Shown here in pieces: positions 11,983 through 26,148 of a stretch of DNA of 64,000 bases. The stretch is from assembly GCA_951406725.2 (NCBI GenBank), contig OX597814.1, positions 180,420,001-180,484,000 of the forward strand. Direction: 5' to 3'. The DNA is from Octopus vulgaris. Taxonomy: Eukaryota. Position 1 is the stretch's first letter. Every line of letters starts with the position of its first letter. The notes under the pieces were generated by a model. The model was given only the letters and a program-made list of their open reading frames with translations, was not told the DNA's origin and ran no database searches. The translations under genes were made by a program, and so were the position numbers.

Positions 11983-13293
11983 TATAGTACTCAATGACAC
12001 AACAATTAAAATTCTGAAGCTGTTTTAGGCCCGCTATCCGATAGATCGTAATCCCACATATACTTCAAATTTTCTGTATTGGAAATCAAGTGAGAAAAGT
12101 TGAAATTTGCCAGGTATTATTTGCTCTGATATACGCGACACTTTTCGTATGACACTTGGACCCTAGGATGCTTTCGGCAAATTGATGTTGCATACATGAA
12201 GAATAAAGGGCAAAAATAAGATACAGCACTCTCCTTTTAGGTATATTCGTATTGATACCTAAAGGGTTTTGATCATACCAATAACTTGTTAACGCTACCG
12301 CGCTAATTTGACATCTTGCCAGTTTTAATACTCGTTCAATCTGAGCTGAATGAACTGGAGCAACATGAAGTAAAGTGCCATGTCCAAGATATAACTTGCT
12401 CCATGGACCCTGAATCGAATCTTCGACCTTATGATCAAGAAATATTATCTCAAGCAAAAGCTCTTGACATGGTGATTAAAGAACAAAGAGCTCTTGAAGT
12501 TGTGCACTTAAAAGAGTTTACTGCCGTGTGCACCGAGCTTACCTTTCGTACAATATCGCTACCCCTTAAATATCTCTGATGTAAAGAAAACATCATGTAT
12601 TCCAAAATAAGATCTTTCTGGAATACGATATAGGATTCGAGGTTCAACTCCAATGTTAAATTAATAAAACCTAGTCATTCCCAACATTTTTGATTATCTC
12701 CCTTATACCGGAAAAATCCCTGATTACCTTCCCCTGTTCTAGAACTCCATATTTCACAACATAGCCAAAGACATGACACAATATAGGTAAAGAAATTTGA
12801 GGAATCAAGATAGAAATCACAGACCAGTATGAGTCTTGCCCTTTAATCTATACGCCCTTGTAGGAGCATATAAGTTTTTAACTTAGAAGAACTTTCCTTC
12901 GTGTTTATACTGAGTTTTTCTGTTGTTGTTGTTGTTGTTGTTGCTCTTCTTGTTTCTGCTGCCCTCAATTTAGTTATTACTGTTTCATCAATTCACTTTG
13001 ATAATCCTACTACTACTACTGCTTCTTCACCTGCCAGTAGTACTGTTATCGCTGCAGCTCTTGTGGCTTCTGTTATCTGATGAAGTATTAGTAAATATTA
13101 GTACTCTTCTTGTTGCAAACAGTCGCAGTCGCTACTGGCGTGGTTACCGTTGCTGTCACTCGTGATGTTTGCATGCGTTTTCAGTCATAATTAATTTAGC
13201 AGCGTTTGAATAATTGTCTTTCTGCTTCGTTTTGTGGTTACACACTCACACGAACACGCACACACACACAAACACACATACACACACATATGG

Positions 13294-13419
<126 letters not shown>

Positions 13420-13429
13420 GCACATATAT

Positions 13430-13810
13430 ATATATATATAATGCTGAAGTCTGTGTATGGCAGGTTTGGTAGCCTTCAACTAACACTATCTCCTCCGACC
13501 CTGCGGCGCAAGGTGACCAAAATTGAGAGTATGATAGAAGGGTTGCTCTTCCTTCCGAGAAGAAAAATTTCAAATCTGACCATGTTAACACCAAAAACTA
13601 TTTACATCAAAAAGGTGCTTTTTTTTTCTATGAAAATCCCTGTTTTTACGATTTTTTGACTGCTGTGTCGCCACTTTTTGGTGTATTTCAACCAGAAAAA
13701 TGTTCACTTATAGAGAATAATAAGCTATATAATGTTAAATTTTTACTTTTCAAAAATTCCAATTCTAAAGGGTCGAAACAAACCCGAGCAACACCGGGCG
13801 ATACTGCTAG
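13430..13810 (+). mobile_element. Non-autonomous Helitron
   Basis: Subterminal hairpin CCCGAGCAACACCGGG (13783-13798) followed by CTAG|T (13807-13810); 5' end buried in (TA)n. Confidence 0.75.
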
Positions 13811-14095
13811 TTTATATATATATATACTCATATGTGTAGTATATATTATCATATAGCATATATATGAATATATCTACATGTATGTATATAAATATATATG
13901 TATATATATAAATCTGTGTGTGTGTGTGAAAGAGAGAGTTGGTATGTGAAAGCACGCGGTTGAATGTATAAAAGACAAAAAAGAGTGAAAAAACAACAGA
14001 AGTCTTGTGTTATACGGTTAAAGAATATATTTAAATCGTTATATTAGAAAAATGTTATGAAATTTTGCGTATAATAGCATTTTTTGGGAGAAATA

Positions 14096-14560
14096 ACTGG
14101 TTTCGTATTTTCTTTTCAAATTTCTCAAATTTCTTTACTTATATTGTGTCATGTCTTCACTATGTTGTGAAATATGGAGTTCCAGACATGATTTTGTTAA
14201 GTAGGAATAGAATGTTATAAGTGGTTAGGCTTTGCTTTATATTTTTTTCAATGAGGTGTTGCCTTATTTTAAAATGTTAGAAATAGTTAAGTTTTGGCTA
14301 ATATTTTTCAATGAAGACGGTTTCCTTATTTAATCTAACTTGTGTTGGTGTTCCAATGGCACATTGATAAAATGGAAAGATTACAAATTGTGGTAGCAGT
14401 TGCTTTGCGAATTTCTCAATATGTTCACTGAAGGGTATTGACTTTGCCTTTCGGGGTCGATAAATGAAGTACTGGTGAAATACTGGGGTCGATGTAATCG
14501 ACTGGTCCCCTCCCACCAAAATTTCAGGCCTTGTGTCTCTAGTAGAAAGGATTATTATTG

Positions 14561-14619
<59 letters not shown>

Positions 14620-14638
14620 GTTGTTGTTGTTGTTGTTG

Positions 14639-14687
<49 letters not shown>

Positions 14688-15050
14688 CATCATCATCATC
14701 ATACAGTGGCTGTCTGCTCCTTGCAGAGCTAAACTTCTTCTTGTACCTATAATTGCTCTTCCTTAGCGTTTTATCTTAAATATTTTTGAGCCTTAAAAGT
14801 GTTTGAAAAGCTTGTCAGGTATAGTGCACCAATGCCTCATTTCAATATTGGCTCCATTTTCCGCTTGTTTATTATGAATGTTTAAATGACGCTTCAATCC
14901 TTCACGTGCCTTTCAGGTTTTTTTGACAGACATTTCCGTTGAAACTGGTAATCCAGAATCAAAATCTAATAGTTCATGTATACTTTACCCATGTGAGCAT
15001 ACTGGTTCAATCTTACACTAATAGCTGTTATGAAAATAATATCTGAAAAG
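14096..15050 (-). mobile_element. Decayed PLE GIY-YIG/3' region interrupted by SINE A and (ATT)n
   Basis: ...FVIFPFYQC...VRLNKETVFIEKY*PKLN resembles a PLE endonuclease C-terminus; 14096-14186 is also present inverted at 12738-12829. Confidence 0.4.
14434..14702 (+). mobile_element. SINE family A 3' part plus (ATT)/(GTT)/(ATC)n tail
   Basis: GACTTTGCCTTTCGGGGTCGATAAA...GGCCTTGTGTCTCTAGTAGAAAGG then trinucleotide tract. Confidence 0.75.
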
Positions 15051-16211
15051 GATATCCCCTATTACTTATGGTACAGACACTCTATAATAAAATGGAGTTA
15101 GTGACCTGTAATTTATTGTTTGAAAACCCCCTTCCACATTATATCAATGTATACGAAATTTAGCAGAATAGCAAGGTAACTACATGCTTTGTATCTATGG
15201 CAATTTAGTCGCTCAAACGAAGGATCGATTATATATCACGAAGCTAGGTGATACAAAAATGGGACAACAAAACATCCAGATAGATGATACAAAGAAAACA
15301 AGGACGGGTCATTCGAAGTTTTCTTTTCTCAGTCAAGTACCAGGTTATCCTCGCAATTTCGGCTGATATATTCTACAATGTACAGTGCCTGCGTTGTGCC
15401 AGACTATTCGAAACAAGTGTAAGCTAAATAAACTGTTGATTAAACATCGTTATTCTTTATGTTTTTTCTAATATACTTCGTGATTAATACTCTGAACTTA
15501 ATTGGCTTGTCCACCACAGATTTACTTTCTATATGAATATACGATTGCTTGTGTGTACGTGTATGCCGGTACAAGCATCCCTCAATGTACGTCGATAATT
15601 GGCTCCAAAATATGCGATTAACCTCGAAAAATGACGAAGATACGTTTTAAAAATTCTATTTGCTTATATTTGTTTTAATAAGTGATTTGTACATGCTTTT
15701 CATATGTATTTTATTAATATTTCAATCTAGTACTTGTTTGTAATTGTTTTTGTTTAAATTTTTATGTTTTTAAATATGCTCGCTAAGACCAACGTAAGGC
15801 TGAACGAAGCAGCTAAAGTTGAGATTTATTTTTTTCAATTCAATTTCTTTAAAAAGAACGACGTAAAGTCGAAAAAGAAGTAACTCAAAACAAGGACGAG
15901 TCATTCGAAGTTTTCTTTCCTCAGTCAAGCACCAGATTATCCTCGCAATTTCGGCTGATATATTCTACAATGTACAGTTCCTGTATTTGAATTTTATAAC
16001 ATTAAAACAGAATTATACGCCACCTGCCAAACTGGCATAGATTTTTACTATAAAACAACGCATTCAATTTATTTTCACGGATTATGGATCGTTTATCACG
16101 TTTGCCTTTCTTCCTACGTACTTTGGATCTTCTCTCATAAAGAGTCTTTAAAAACACATTTTCGTTTCATATTTGTTTACGCTATTGTTTTCCTCGTCGT
16201 CGTCGTCGTCG

Positions 16212-16246
<35 letters not shown>

Positions 16247-16412
16247 GTCATTATTTCTGTAATCCTGTTTTTATTATACGATTCCATTGTACAGCAGAGC
16301 GCAACTCTGCGCTTTTAGTTCCATGTCGTGTTATATTTTCTTTTCTTTGTGTGGGTGTATTACTTCTTTATTGAAAAATCATTCACATTATGTGTGTGCA
16401 TGTACGTACGTA

Positions 16413-16543
16413 CGTATGTATGTATGTATGTATGTATGTATGTATGTATGTATGTATGTATGTATGTATGTATGTATGTATGTGTGTATGTATGTATGTA
16501 TGTATGTATGTATGTATGTATGTATGTATGTATATATGTATGT
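16413..16543. repeat. (TATG)n microsatellite
   Basis: Direct inspection. Confidence 0.95.
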
Positions 16544-17324
16544 AGCCATTTAAGTGTGCGTGTATATGTTTGTGTGTGCGCACAGTGTCAAGTAGCAGTG
16601 CTATTTCCTATATGCTATGCCTACGTCACTGTCTTGAGAATTTTTCTTTTTGTTTTATACTATTATTTCCATCACCACCACCTTAACTGTTTCATGTCGG
16701 CTTTTCTTTTCCTTTATAGTTTGTCTTTGTAAAATCCCGCAAAGTCTTGGGCGTTCGTGGGCAATAAAAGACATATATCATTATTATTACTGTTTTGTAG
16801 TTTTGACCTCCGACTGTACATGTTGAAGATTTATCGTATATTACCACCCAACCCACTCGATATACAAGCGTCGCAGTATCCAGGTAAAAGAATTAAAAAA
16901 GAACAATACGATTTCTCATGAAGGCTGTGTACCTAACGTATTGGCATTCTAAGAGCCGTCAATTTAATGAATAATTCATTGAGAAGATTGTTTTGTTGGT
17001 GTCCGTTTGAGTTTGTTTATGCGTTTTTGTTGGTGTTGTTCTTTGTGACAAATTCTTTATACCATTCTGTTTCCGTGTTATATCAGCGTTGAGAAATGAC
17101 AGCTAGCTTGTGTGACATAGGAAGAAACTACTGCTGGTACTGTTGCTGCTGCTATTGCTGTTGTTGCTGCTGCTGCTGCTGTTACTATCATCATCATCAT
17201 CGCAACCTGCTGTTGCTTCTGTTGATGTTGATGCTACTGTTGCTACTGTAGAGGCGAAAATATAGCCGAATAAATTATATAAAGGCGGCGGGTCAAGAAG
17301 AAAACAATGAAGAAAATATCACAT

Positions 17325-17433
17325 AAAAAAAAAAAGAAAGAAAGAAAGAAAGAAAGAAATAAGGAAGGCAGGAAGGAAGGAAGGAAGGAAGGAAGGAAGG
17401 AAGGAAAGAAGGAAGAAAGGAAGGAAGGAAGGA

Positions 17434-17479
<46 letters not shown>

Positions 17480-17523
17480 CAAAGAAACAAACAAACAAAC
17501 AAACAAACAAACAAACAAACAAA
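17325..17523. repeat. Compound (GAAA)/(GGAA)/(CAAA)n microsatellite
   Basis: Direct inspection. Confidence 0.95.
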
Positions 17524-19310
17524 GAGAAAGGCCGATCTGTTGTCAGTATATTCTCTCCGAAATGCTTCGAATGCTCTGTGGATATGGACTGATGCTACAC
17601 CGTCTGTTGAGGTTTCTCAGCAGATATGTCAGCCATTTTGTCAGATACGTCTTCTACAGCTAGTCTCTGACAGAGCTGCAGACATGAGTCACGCTAAGTC
17701 CATGATTAGACGTTTGACATCACGAATATTTTAAGGTGTTTAGAAGGCTCTGCCATTTTGACAGAGTGACAACGTTCTCAGGAAAAGTCCGGGCGTCGAC
17801 GGGAATTGAGCGGCTGGTCTGTTTTGAAACGCTTTCAAATTAGAGTCACTACACGGCTTTTCGTCTTCCCATTATCGTTCAAAATGTTTCCGTCGGTATG
17901 CATCAATCGTAGGCAATCGTTGCTTATAAATACCAAGAAGGTCATCGAATCTGAAAATTAGTGACTACGTTGCTAATGTTTTATCCATTGGCTTTGTACC
18001 TATAATAGAAGAAACGTTAAATCATAATGAATGTCCATGTACATACATTGATAATACAAACCAAAGAAAATAGTATACAGTACAAGATGTGAAGCTTATT
18101 CTTATTTGGAATCAATTGGTAATGTGACCTTATAGTTAAATGGAGTTTTGCACTTGTAAGATATAAAGCAAGAAGCAACTACAACTGCGATCTCAGTATT
18201 GTTGCTTATGCATTTGAGTGAATAGATTTTGGGTGCCTGGAAACAGTTCAGGAGAACTAACTCAGTTGACGGCGTTTAGATACCACTTCTCGTTTCCGAT
18301 TTAGTGATATCACTGGCTGTTTAAATATGTGGAAAATCTTAGTCAAAGAAATCTGCAGTTTTGTGAACCGTTTAAGTATAGATTGCATTTATCGATAATA
18401 TTTTATTACTGCCATGTGGGTGAAGACCATAAAACCCAGTAGGTAGAAGGTTAATTGAAATGAAAAACAAACCATTTTGGGTACAAGACAAGTTTATGGC
18501 ATTTCTCTTTGAGGCTACTTTCATGTAATCAATGAGTGAGATATCTCCACTAAATTGTTTTTATAAGAGACAATCAACTAACAACAAATGTGGGTTATGC
18601 AAAAAGCAAAACTGAAATTGTTAGCTCCATCATTACCAAGTTCAAGAAAATTTCCTTGAGATACTACCTTCCCATAGGACATGGTATCAAAGCAGTATGA
18701 AATAAAATAGAAAATAAATATGTAACGACCAGTAAAGACGGAGATTTGGGAAACGGTGGATTGAGTTAATGTATATGTAAAACATTATCTAAATTAAAGA
18801 ATAAACGAATTAAAATTGTTGTTCGATGAACTGTATATCTGTAAGCAAGGACCAAAAATCGAGTGGTGATTCACATTTAAAAGCGTTTCAAAACAGAGCA
18901 ACTTGATTCTCATCGTTACCCGGAATTTTCCTGAAAAAAATCACACTGTCCAAATGGTCGAGCCTACTGAAAATCTGAAAAAATTCCTAATGCCATACGC
19001 CTGTTCATAGTCTTAGCGTGACTCATGTCCGCAGTTCTCTCAGAGAGTCATTGTGAAAGTCAACTAGACATTTGACATGAACATGTCAAAAAGAAACAAA
19101 AAAGATCATCTACAAAATGCTAAGTGTTCAATTGCAGGATCCAAAATACACTTACAGTTTTATATTCATCAGTTTTGAGTCCACATGTTATGTCTGAATC
19201 TAGTTGGATCAATTACGGTTAAACTTGGAATTGCAGTTGAAGGATGTAGTATCATAATTCTTGTGTTAACGACAACCACCATATTCAGGACAATAATATT
19301 CTACACGGTT

Positions 19311-19781
19311 AAGGCGGCATGCTGGCAGAATCGTTAGCACACCGGGCAAAATGCTTAGCGGTATTTCGTCTGCCGACGAAGGCGACGAGCTGGCAGAAAC
19401 GTTAGCACGCCGGGCGAAAAGCTTTGAGGCATTTCGTCTGCCGTTACGTTCTGAGTTCAAATTCCGCCGAGGTCGACTTTGCCTTTCATCCTTTCGGGGT
19501 CGATAAATTAAGTACCAGTTGCGCACTGGGGTCGATATGGTCGACTTAATCCGTCTGTCTCTCCTTGTTTGTCTTCTCTGTGTTTAGCCCCTTGTGGATA
19601 GTAAAGAAATAGGTATTTCGTCTGCCGTTACGTTGTGAGTTCAAATTCCGATAAAGTTGACTTTGCCTTTCATCCTTTCGGGGTCAACAAATTAAGTACC
19701 ACTTGCGTACTGGGGTTGATCTGATCGACGGGCCCCCTCCCCCAAAATTTCGAATCTTGTGCCTATAGTAAAAAAGAATAT
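19311..19781 (+). mobile_element. SINE family A with duplicated head and body
   Basis: Two tandem heads (19311, 19381) and two body units. Confidence 0.85.
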
Positions 19782-21525
19782 TCTATGAGGTTGTCCAAAA
19801 ATGTAAACGATGGACTAATGTGCAACGAGTGATGAAAAGAATAAGACAGGCTGTGGTTCCTGTTCTTTCTTTTTCTATTTTTTTATTTGTACATTACCTT
19901 TTATTTGCGACCTACCTTCCCCACTGAAACTGCTAAACTCGAAGCAAAAATTGTCTGAAGTACTCAAGAGAATATTTCAATTAAGTTAAAAGGTGTCCCT
20001 GGCTATGACTAGTATGTAAGTCAGAGCAATTCAACAATTTGACAACCGAAAATTATTCCGTATAAAAGAGATAAAGCAATACGTTCGCAAATCCAACAAG
20101 AATCTAGTAACCTTTCTGGAGGCAATGGGTTTAAGATGATTCTTCGGTAAAAGATATTGAGAGAGCTTAGGCTTTAATACCTGCTTAATATAGCTGCCAC
20201 CAGCTACCTCAAGACCATAAAAATTGAGTGATATATTCATACATATACGTATGTATGTATATGTAGAGTGTGTAAATATCATACACAACGCCATACACAA
20301 TTCATAAAAAGTTGTATGATATAACGATTATGGTTTATTCCTTTTTTTCTCTTTTGCGTAGTTTTGCTTTGTTTTTGCATATAAATAACTTTCTGCTGCA
20401 GCTTAATGAGACAAGTGAACCAATAGTATTATAAAAAAAAAGAAATTCAAAAGGACAAAAAGCACGAAAACTTTAATAGTTCTACATTGAAACTGGAAAG
20501 TGTCATCCAACTCGTGGGAGATATGTTGTGCAATATATGTTTTCAACGTCAATATCGTAGTCAACAAGTTAAGCTTAACGAAGCAAAATGCCAAATTCAC
20601 AAACAAACAAAAAATCCTCTAGGGAGGCAGGGAGATAAAGCGAGAGAATAAAGTGAAAGAAAGTGAAAGTGAAAGAAAGAGTGGAATGAAAGTGAGAGTG
20701 AAGAGATGACCAATGATAAAGCCTCTATTTAACTACATAATTATCAGAATCCCATAAATTGGATATAATGATACACTACTTCGTATATTCATTCACCTTT
20801 AATATTTGCTGCTGCTGCTGCTACTGCTGCTGCTGCTGCTGTTGCTGTTGCACATGATGTTGTTGCTTTTTATTCTTTACAGTTCTATTATTGCTGCTTT
20901 TATTGTCATTTTTCATGTTTCTGATTATTATTGCTGGTCGCATTAATTCAAGCGTTAGTGGTAGATTATTTGTCTGTCTGTCTTTCTATAAATCAATGTT
21001 GTTTCTGCCGTGAATACAGTCATTGCTATCGTTGCTCTCGTTTAACCCTACGTGGAGTCTGGATGAGCAGAACAATGTACACAACTATGACAATTCACTC
21101 TTCATTACAGCTGGTGTGTCTAGGGTTATGCTCCCCAATACGCCTCTTCATTCATTGTCGTAAGCGCTAAGGTGTAATTCGGTGGAGATTCATCTGCTAT
21201 TTCTAGCAAATTTTATGACACAGGGGATAGGTCTCGTTGTTTCACTGTTATTGCATTTATTGCTGTTATTACAAGTGTTGCCGGTGTTGTCTTTTGTCAT
21301 TGCTGTGGATGCTGCTGCTGCTACTGCTTCTACTGCTGCTTCAGCTGGTGCTACTACTGCTGCTGCTGCTGCTGCAACTGCTGCTACTGCTGTTACTGCT
21401 ACTGCTATTGTCGCTCGGTTGTATAATTTCATCGGGAAGAGTTTTATGGCGAAAATAAAGAGAAAGAGAATAATAAGGTTTGACAGTCATGATATATGGT
21501 AATTTTCCTTTGACAGTATTTATAC

Positions 21526-21860
<335 letters not shown>

Positions 21861-22299
21861 TGCACGCCTGCGTATACATATAATACATATGTCTGTGTAT
21901 AATCACGCGCGTACATACACTCACATACACTCACATATACATATATAGTCATGTATGTATATGCATATATACATAGATGCAGACATGCGTTCATGTGTCA
22001 CGTTGTATAGCTCTATAGAAAGTTCAGTTCGATTTTTCGAATTTAAAAGTACAAATGCGATATTTGATACTGCAAGCTTGAATATCTACACAACTTCATT
22101 ATTCTCATCTTTATTTGTCTTTTTTCTTTTACTTTTTTTCTTTTCTTTCTTTTTTTTTCTTTTTTTGATCATTCTCGCCATCTATTTGTGAGGTATTCAA
22201 TGCCTCAGAGTACAGTCCTCAACAAATCCTGCTTGAAATATATTAAAACACAATACAGGAGTAATGAAGCGTGATTCAGAACCACCTTTAGCAACATTT

Positions 22300-22354
<55 letters not shown>

Positions 22355-22383
22355 AGAGAGAGGGAGAGAGAGAGAGAGAGAGA

Positions 22384-22483
22384 AAAGTGTACTTACATAT
22401 AAGAGACCAAAGTGTACGTAAGTCGCTATATATATATATAGCGGCGTACGTACACTTTGGTCTCTTATATGTAAGTACACTTT
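22384..22483. repeat. 100-bp palindrome with (TA)7 centre, embedded in (GA)n/(TA)n
   Basis: AAAGTGTACTTACATATAAGAGACCAAAGTGTACGTA is perfectly inverted; 2 mismatches next to the centre. Confidence 0.9.
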
Positions 22484-22484
22484 A

Positions 22485-22529
<45 letters not shown>

Positions 22530-23138
22530 CATATATACAGAGAGAGGGAGAGAGATGTAGGTAGATAGATCGATGCATAGATAGACAAATAGACAAGCAG
22601 ATAGATAGATAAATTTGTAAACACACACACACAATCACATATATATAAACACATAAATATATATTTGGATACAGAACAGGCATACACATTATATATATAT
22701 ATAGCAAGTAAGGTTCGTAGCCACATCAACATGGCTTTTCCGTTCGAACAGATTTTAATACGTTTTTTAACACCAAGAGGACATCTCCTCTAGCTGGTTA
22801 ATGATTCGCAGAAGTTATCTGATATATTGGTCCCCTATGTGTGTGTGTGTGTGTTAGTGATTGTCCGTTCCCCACTGCTCGACAACCCATTTTGGTTTGC
22901 TTACATCCTCATAACTTAACGGTTCGGCAGAGAAAAAAAACTGGTATTGATTTCTTCGTCCAAACCCTTCTAGGTGGTACCCCTGCATGGCCGCAATCCA
23001 CTGACTGAAACAAGAAAATGATAAACGATAAAAATATGATACATACGAAAATGATAAACGATAAAAATATGATACGGTGTTCAATATTCGTGGGTGTTCT
23101 ACTTCATTTTTAATATAAATTGCTTAATACTAGCTTTG

Positions 23139-23179
<41 letters not shown>

Positions 23180-23897
23180 TCAAATGTGTGTGTGGGTGCG
23201 TGTATGAGTGCTTGTGTGCTCGTATGTTTGTGAGTGCTTCAGTGTGTGCGTACGTGTGTGTGTATGAGTGTGTGTGCGTGTGTGTGTGTGCATGCGCGCA
23301 CGTACAAAAATGAGCTAAGACGAAATAACCCAGAGTATCCGGTGGCATGAATATGAACAATAAAGTCGAATAAAGATATACCATAATAACATATAAGAAA
23401 TATTCTTCATTTAGTGGAATTATCTTCCCTTCGAGAGAACAAGAAGCAAACACCTTATGGCCATTTCTGTCAGCTTGAAATGAGTTGACAGCAATGGTCA
23501 TAAAAAATTTCAAGAATCAACGATGTTCCGAAAGTGACATGCCATCGAATGAGAGTATCGGATTCCCTCTACACGCTTTCACAAACAAGTCATTGCTCGA
23601 CATGATGTTATGTGGAATCAACTTGGAATCTCTTGCCTACGAAGCGAACTTTACAATTTCTAAAAAGGGCTTCTCTTTAAATACCTGCCGCTAGGCTCCT
23701 TACTTAAAGGGAAAAATTTGACAAGTCAGTCAGTCAGTCACCGGCTGACACTCGCTGACGATACATCGAAGAGGCCAGGGAACAGTAGAAAGAAAAAGAA
23801 AGACATGCACCCAACACCAGAGCTGAAGACACCTCCGAAAGGGAAGAGGGCGCCACGTCAAAACGGTAGAGGAGCAGGGGCCGAAACTGGTCGTGGT

Positions 23898-23974
23898 TCC
23901 TCCTGATGATGTCTTGAGCTAACTGGATCCTATAAAGGAGCTGTTGTGGTAGCAGACCACGAAACACGGTTGTA
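23898..23974 (+). ncRNA. Hammerhead-like motif at a probable PLE 3' end; 3' strand of stem I absent
   Basis: TCCTC-CTGATGA-(long imperfect stem II, GTCT...AGAC)-GAAAC-ACGGTT-GTA. Confidence 0.45.
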
Positions 23975-24701
23975 ATTCCTTCCTTCTATAGGATTACCTA
24001 TCTTTGGCATTCGTCAGTAAAATTCTGTGAAAATTTATTAAAGTGTAACGCGGTATAGCTAGCTGTGTTGAAACAGGTTCCAATACCGTGTATTAAAATA
24101 TAGCAAAGTGTACATTTAATGTACAAACGCATACGTGTTCTTGTAGCATAGCGTACATTTAAGCTTTGGTTCAAAGTCGTCTTGATAAAGGTGCATACTT
24201 TACTAATTGTTTTCAATACAGATGTAGGCACAGAATAATTTTTATCGTTGCTTACTATACAGTATAATACAGAACTTAGATTGTTCCAACATTTCTTAAT
24301 ATCTAAGAGCGGTCTATGGCAGAATTGTTAGAACGCCTAACAAAAGATATTGCGGCTTTTAATTGTATCCCTTTATATTCTTCTTTCGTAAAATACATAT
24401 CAATCAAGCATTGCAATCGATTTAATCGATTGTGAACGCTCCCAATTTTGCTAATATTACAAATCAATATTTCCAAACTGCAAGCAGAAATTAGATTATT
24501 TTCCAAGACCACAACGTCATACAATAAATTATTCTATAATAACGATTCGAAAAATCCTTTCTTTTGTAATAGTTTCCTTATTCCTGTTGGCACCGTGCGA
24601 AAGTGGAATGATTTGCTAGATTAATTTTGCTCCTATTGTTAGAAATGTCACCTTCTTTATTGTTCCTATTATAATTCATTATTATTTTTATTCTGGTTGT
24701 T

Positions 24702-25420
24702 AGGGCGACGAGCTTGCAAAGTCGTTACCATCCCGGGAAAAATGCTTAGCGGTATTTCATTCAAATTCCGCCGAGGTCAACTTTGCCTTTCATCCTTTCG
24801 TGATCGATTAAATAAGTACCAGTTACGCACTGGGGTCGATATAATCGACTTAATCCGTTTGTCTGTCCTTGTTTGTCCTTTCTGTGTTTAGCCTCTTGTA
24901 GGTAGTAAAGAAATAGGTATTTCATTCAAATTCCGCCGAGGTCGACTTAGCCTTTCATCCTTTCGGGGTCGATAAATTAAGTACCAGTTACGCACTGGGA
25001 TCGATGTAATAGACTTAATCCGTTTGTCTGTCATTGTTTGTCCTCTCTGTGTTTAGCCCCTTGTGGGTAGTAAAGAAATAGGTATTTCATTCAAATTCCG
25101 CCGAGGTCGACTTAGCCTTTCATCCTTTCGGAGTCAATTAAATAAGTACCAGTTACGCACTGGGGTCGATGTAATATACTTAATCCGTTTGTCTGTCCTT
25201 ATTTGTCCTCTCTGTGTTTAGCCCCTTGTGGGTAATAAAGAAATATGTATTTGATCCGTCTTTAAGTTCTGAGTTCATTCAAATTCCGCCGAGGTCAATT
25301 CTGCCATTCATACTTTCGCGGTCGGTAAAATAAATTCCGAATGAATACTGGGATCGATATAATCGACTTTCTCACATCCTGCACAAGTTCAAACCTTGTG
25401 CATATAACAGAAAGGACTAT
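24702..25420 (+). mobile_element. SINE family A with four tandem body units (165-bp period)
   Basis: Units start at 24751, 24916, 25081 and 25246. Confidence 0.85.
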
Positions 25421-25649
25421 TATTGTTGTTGTTGTTGCTGTTGTTGTTGTTAGAACAGTAAACCAACAGAATCATTAGAACGTTGGACAAAATACTTAGT
25501 GGCATTTCGTTTTGTTCTTTTACGGGATGAATCGATCCCGAAAGTCAACTTCAGAGAAATTTGAACTCAGGAGGTCAACTTGGAAGAAATGCTGCGAAGC
25601 GTTTCTTCCCGATGCACTAGCTCTACCAGCTCTCCGCATTCAGTCAATA

Positions 25650-26143
25650 ATGATTCTAAATTCAATATGACTCTCTGATCGATGCACAGAGACCAGACAT
25701 TGTTGTGGTGGATAAAAGAATAGAAGGAAACAAAGATCATAGATATTGCCATATCTGGGGATGTACGCGTAGATGACAAAGAGGTAGAAAAAATGGAGAA
25801 ATACAGACTATTAAAAGATGAAATTGCAAGAATGTGAGCAATGAGAAGAGTAACTGTTATCCCATTAATAACCAGTTTCGAGAAATACGTCGGAGTAATT
25901 AGAATTGACATGAGGGCAGAGCTGGCTGAAAATACTGCTCTATTGGGGACAGGTAGGATTTTGAGATTGGTGCTTGCTTAGGTGTTGAGTGGCTTCCACG
26001 AAAAATTATCATCCAGATACCAAAGCTTATAATTTTTCGGAAAGAGACCCTGTGAGACCTCTGGCAACAAGTTGCTGTCCGCTCTCACAGAATCAACCAG
26101 AGCAAAAAAGACTGGGAGCTCTGAGAAGTAAAATAATAATAAT
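25650..26143 (+). mobile_element. R4/Dong-clade LINE 3' end, decayed
   Basis: RPDIVVVDK..KIIDIAISGDVRVDDKEVEKMEKYRLL...TALLGTGRILR (RLE endonuclease), 3' UTR ending in (TAA)n. Confidence 0.75.
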
Positions 26144-26148
26144 CATAA

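Noticed and set aside
18100-19160. Possible hAT dimerisation-domain relic (PNAIRLFIVLA...)
   Set aside because: Many stops, no TIRs seen, similarity too weak
19930-20035. Possible Helitron Pif1 helicase motif (EAKI...LAMT..SQ)
   Set aside because: Requires several frameshifts; could be chance
21182-21502. Poly-Ala ORFs on both strands resembling a transcription-factor exon
   Set aside because: Explained by a (GCT)n tract plus a dispersed-repeat remnant (GCTAGAAATAGCAG); no splice or domain support
24751-25250. Regular repeats resembling a CRISPR array
   Set aside because: Whole 165-bp units are repeated with no unique spacers; eukaryotic SINE tandem, no cas genes
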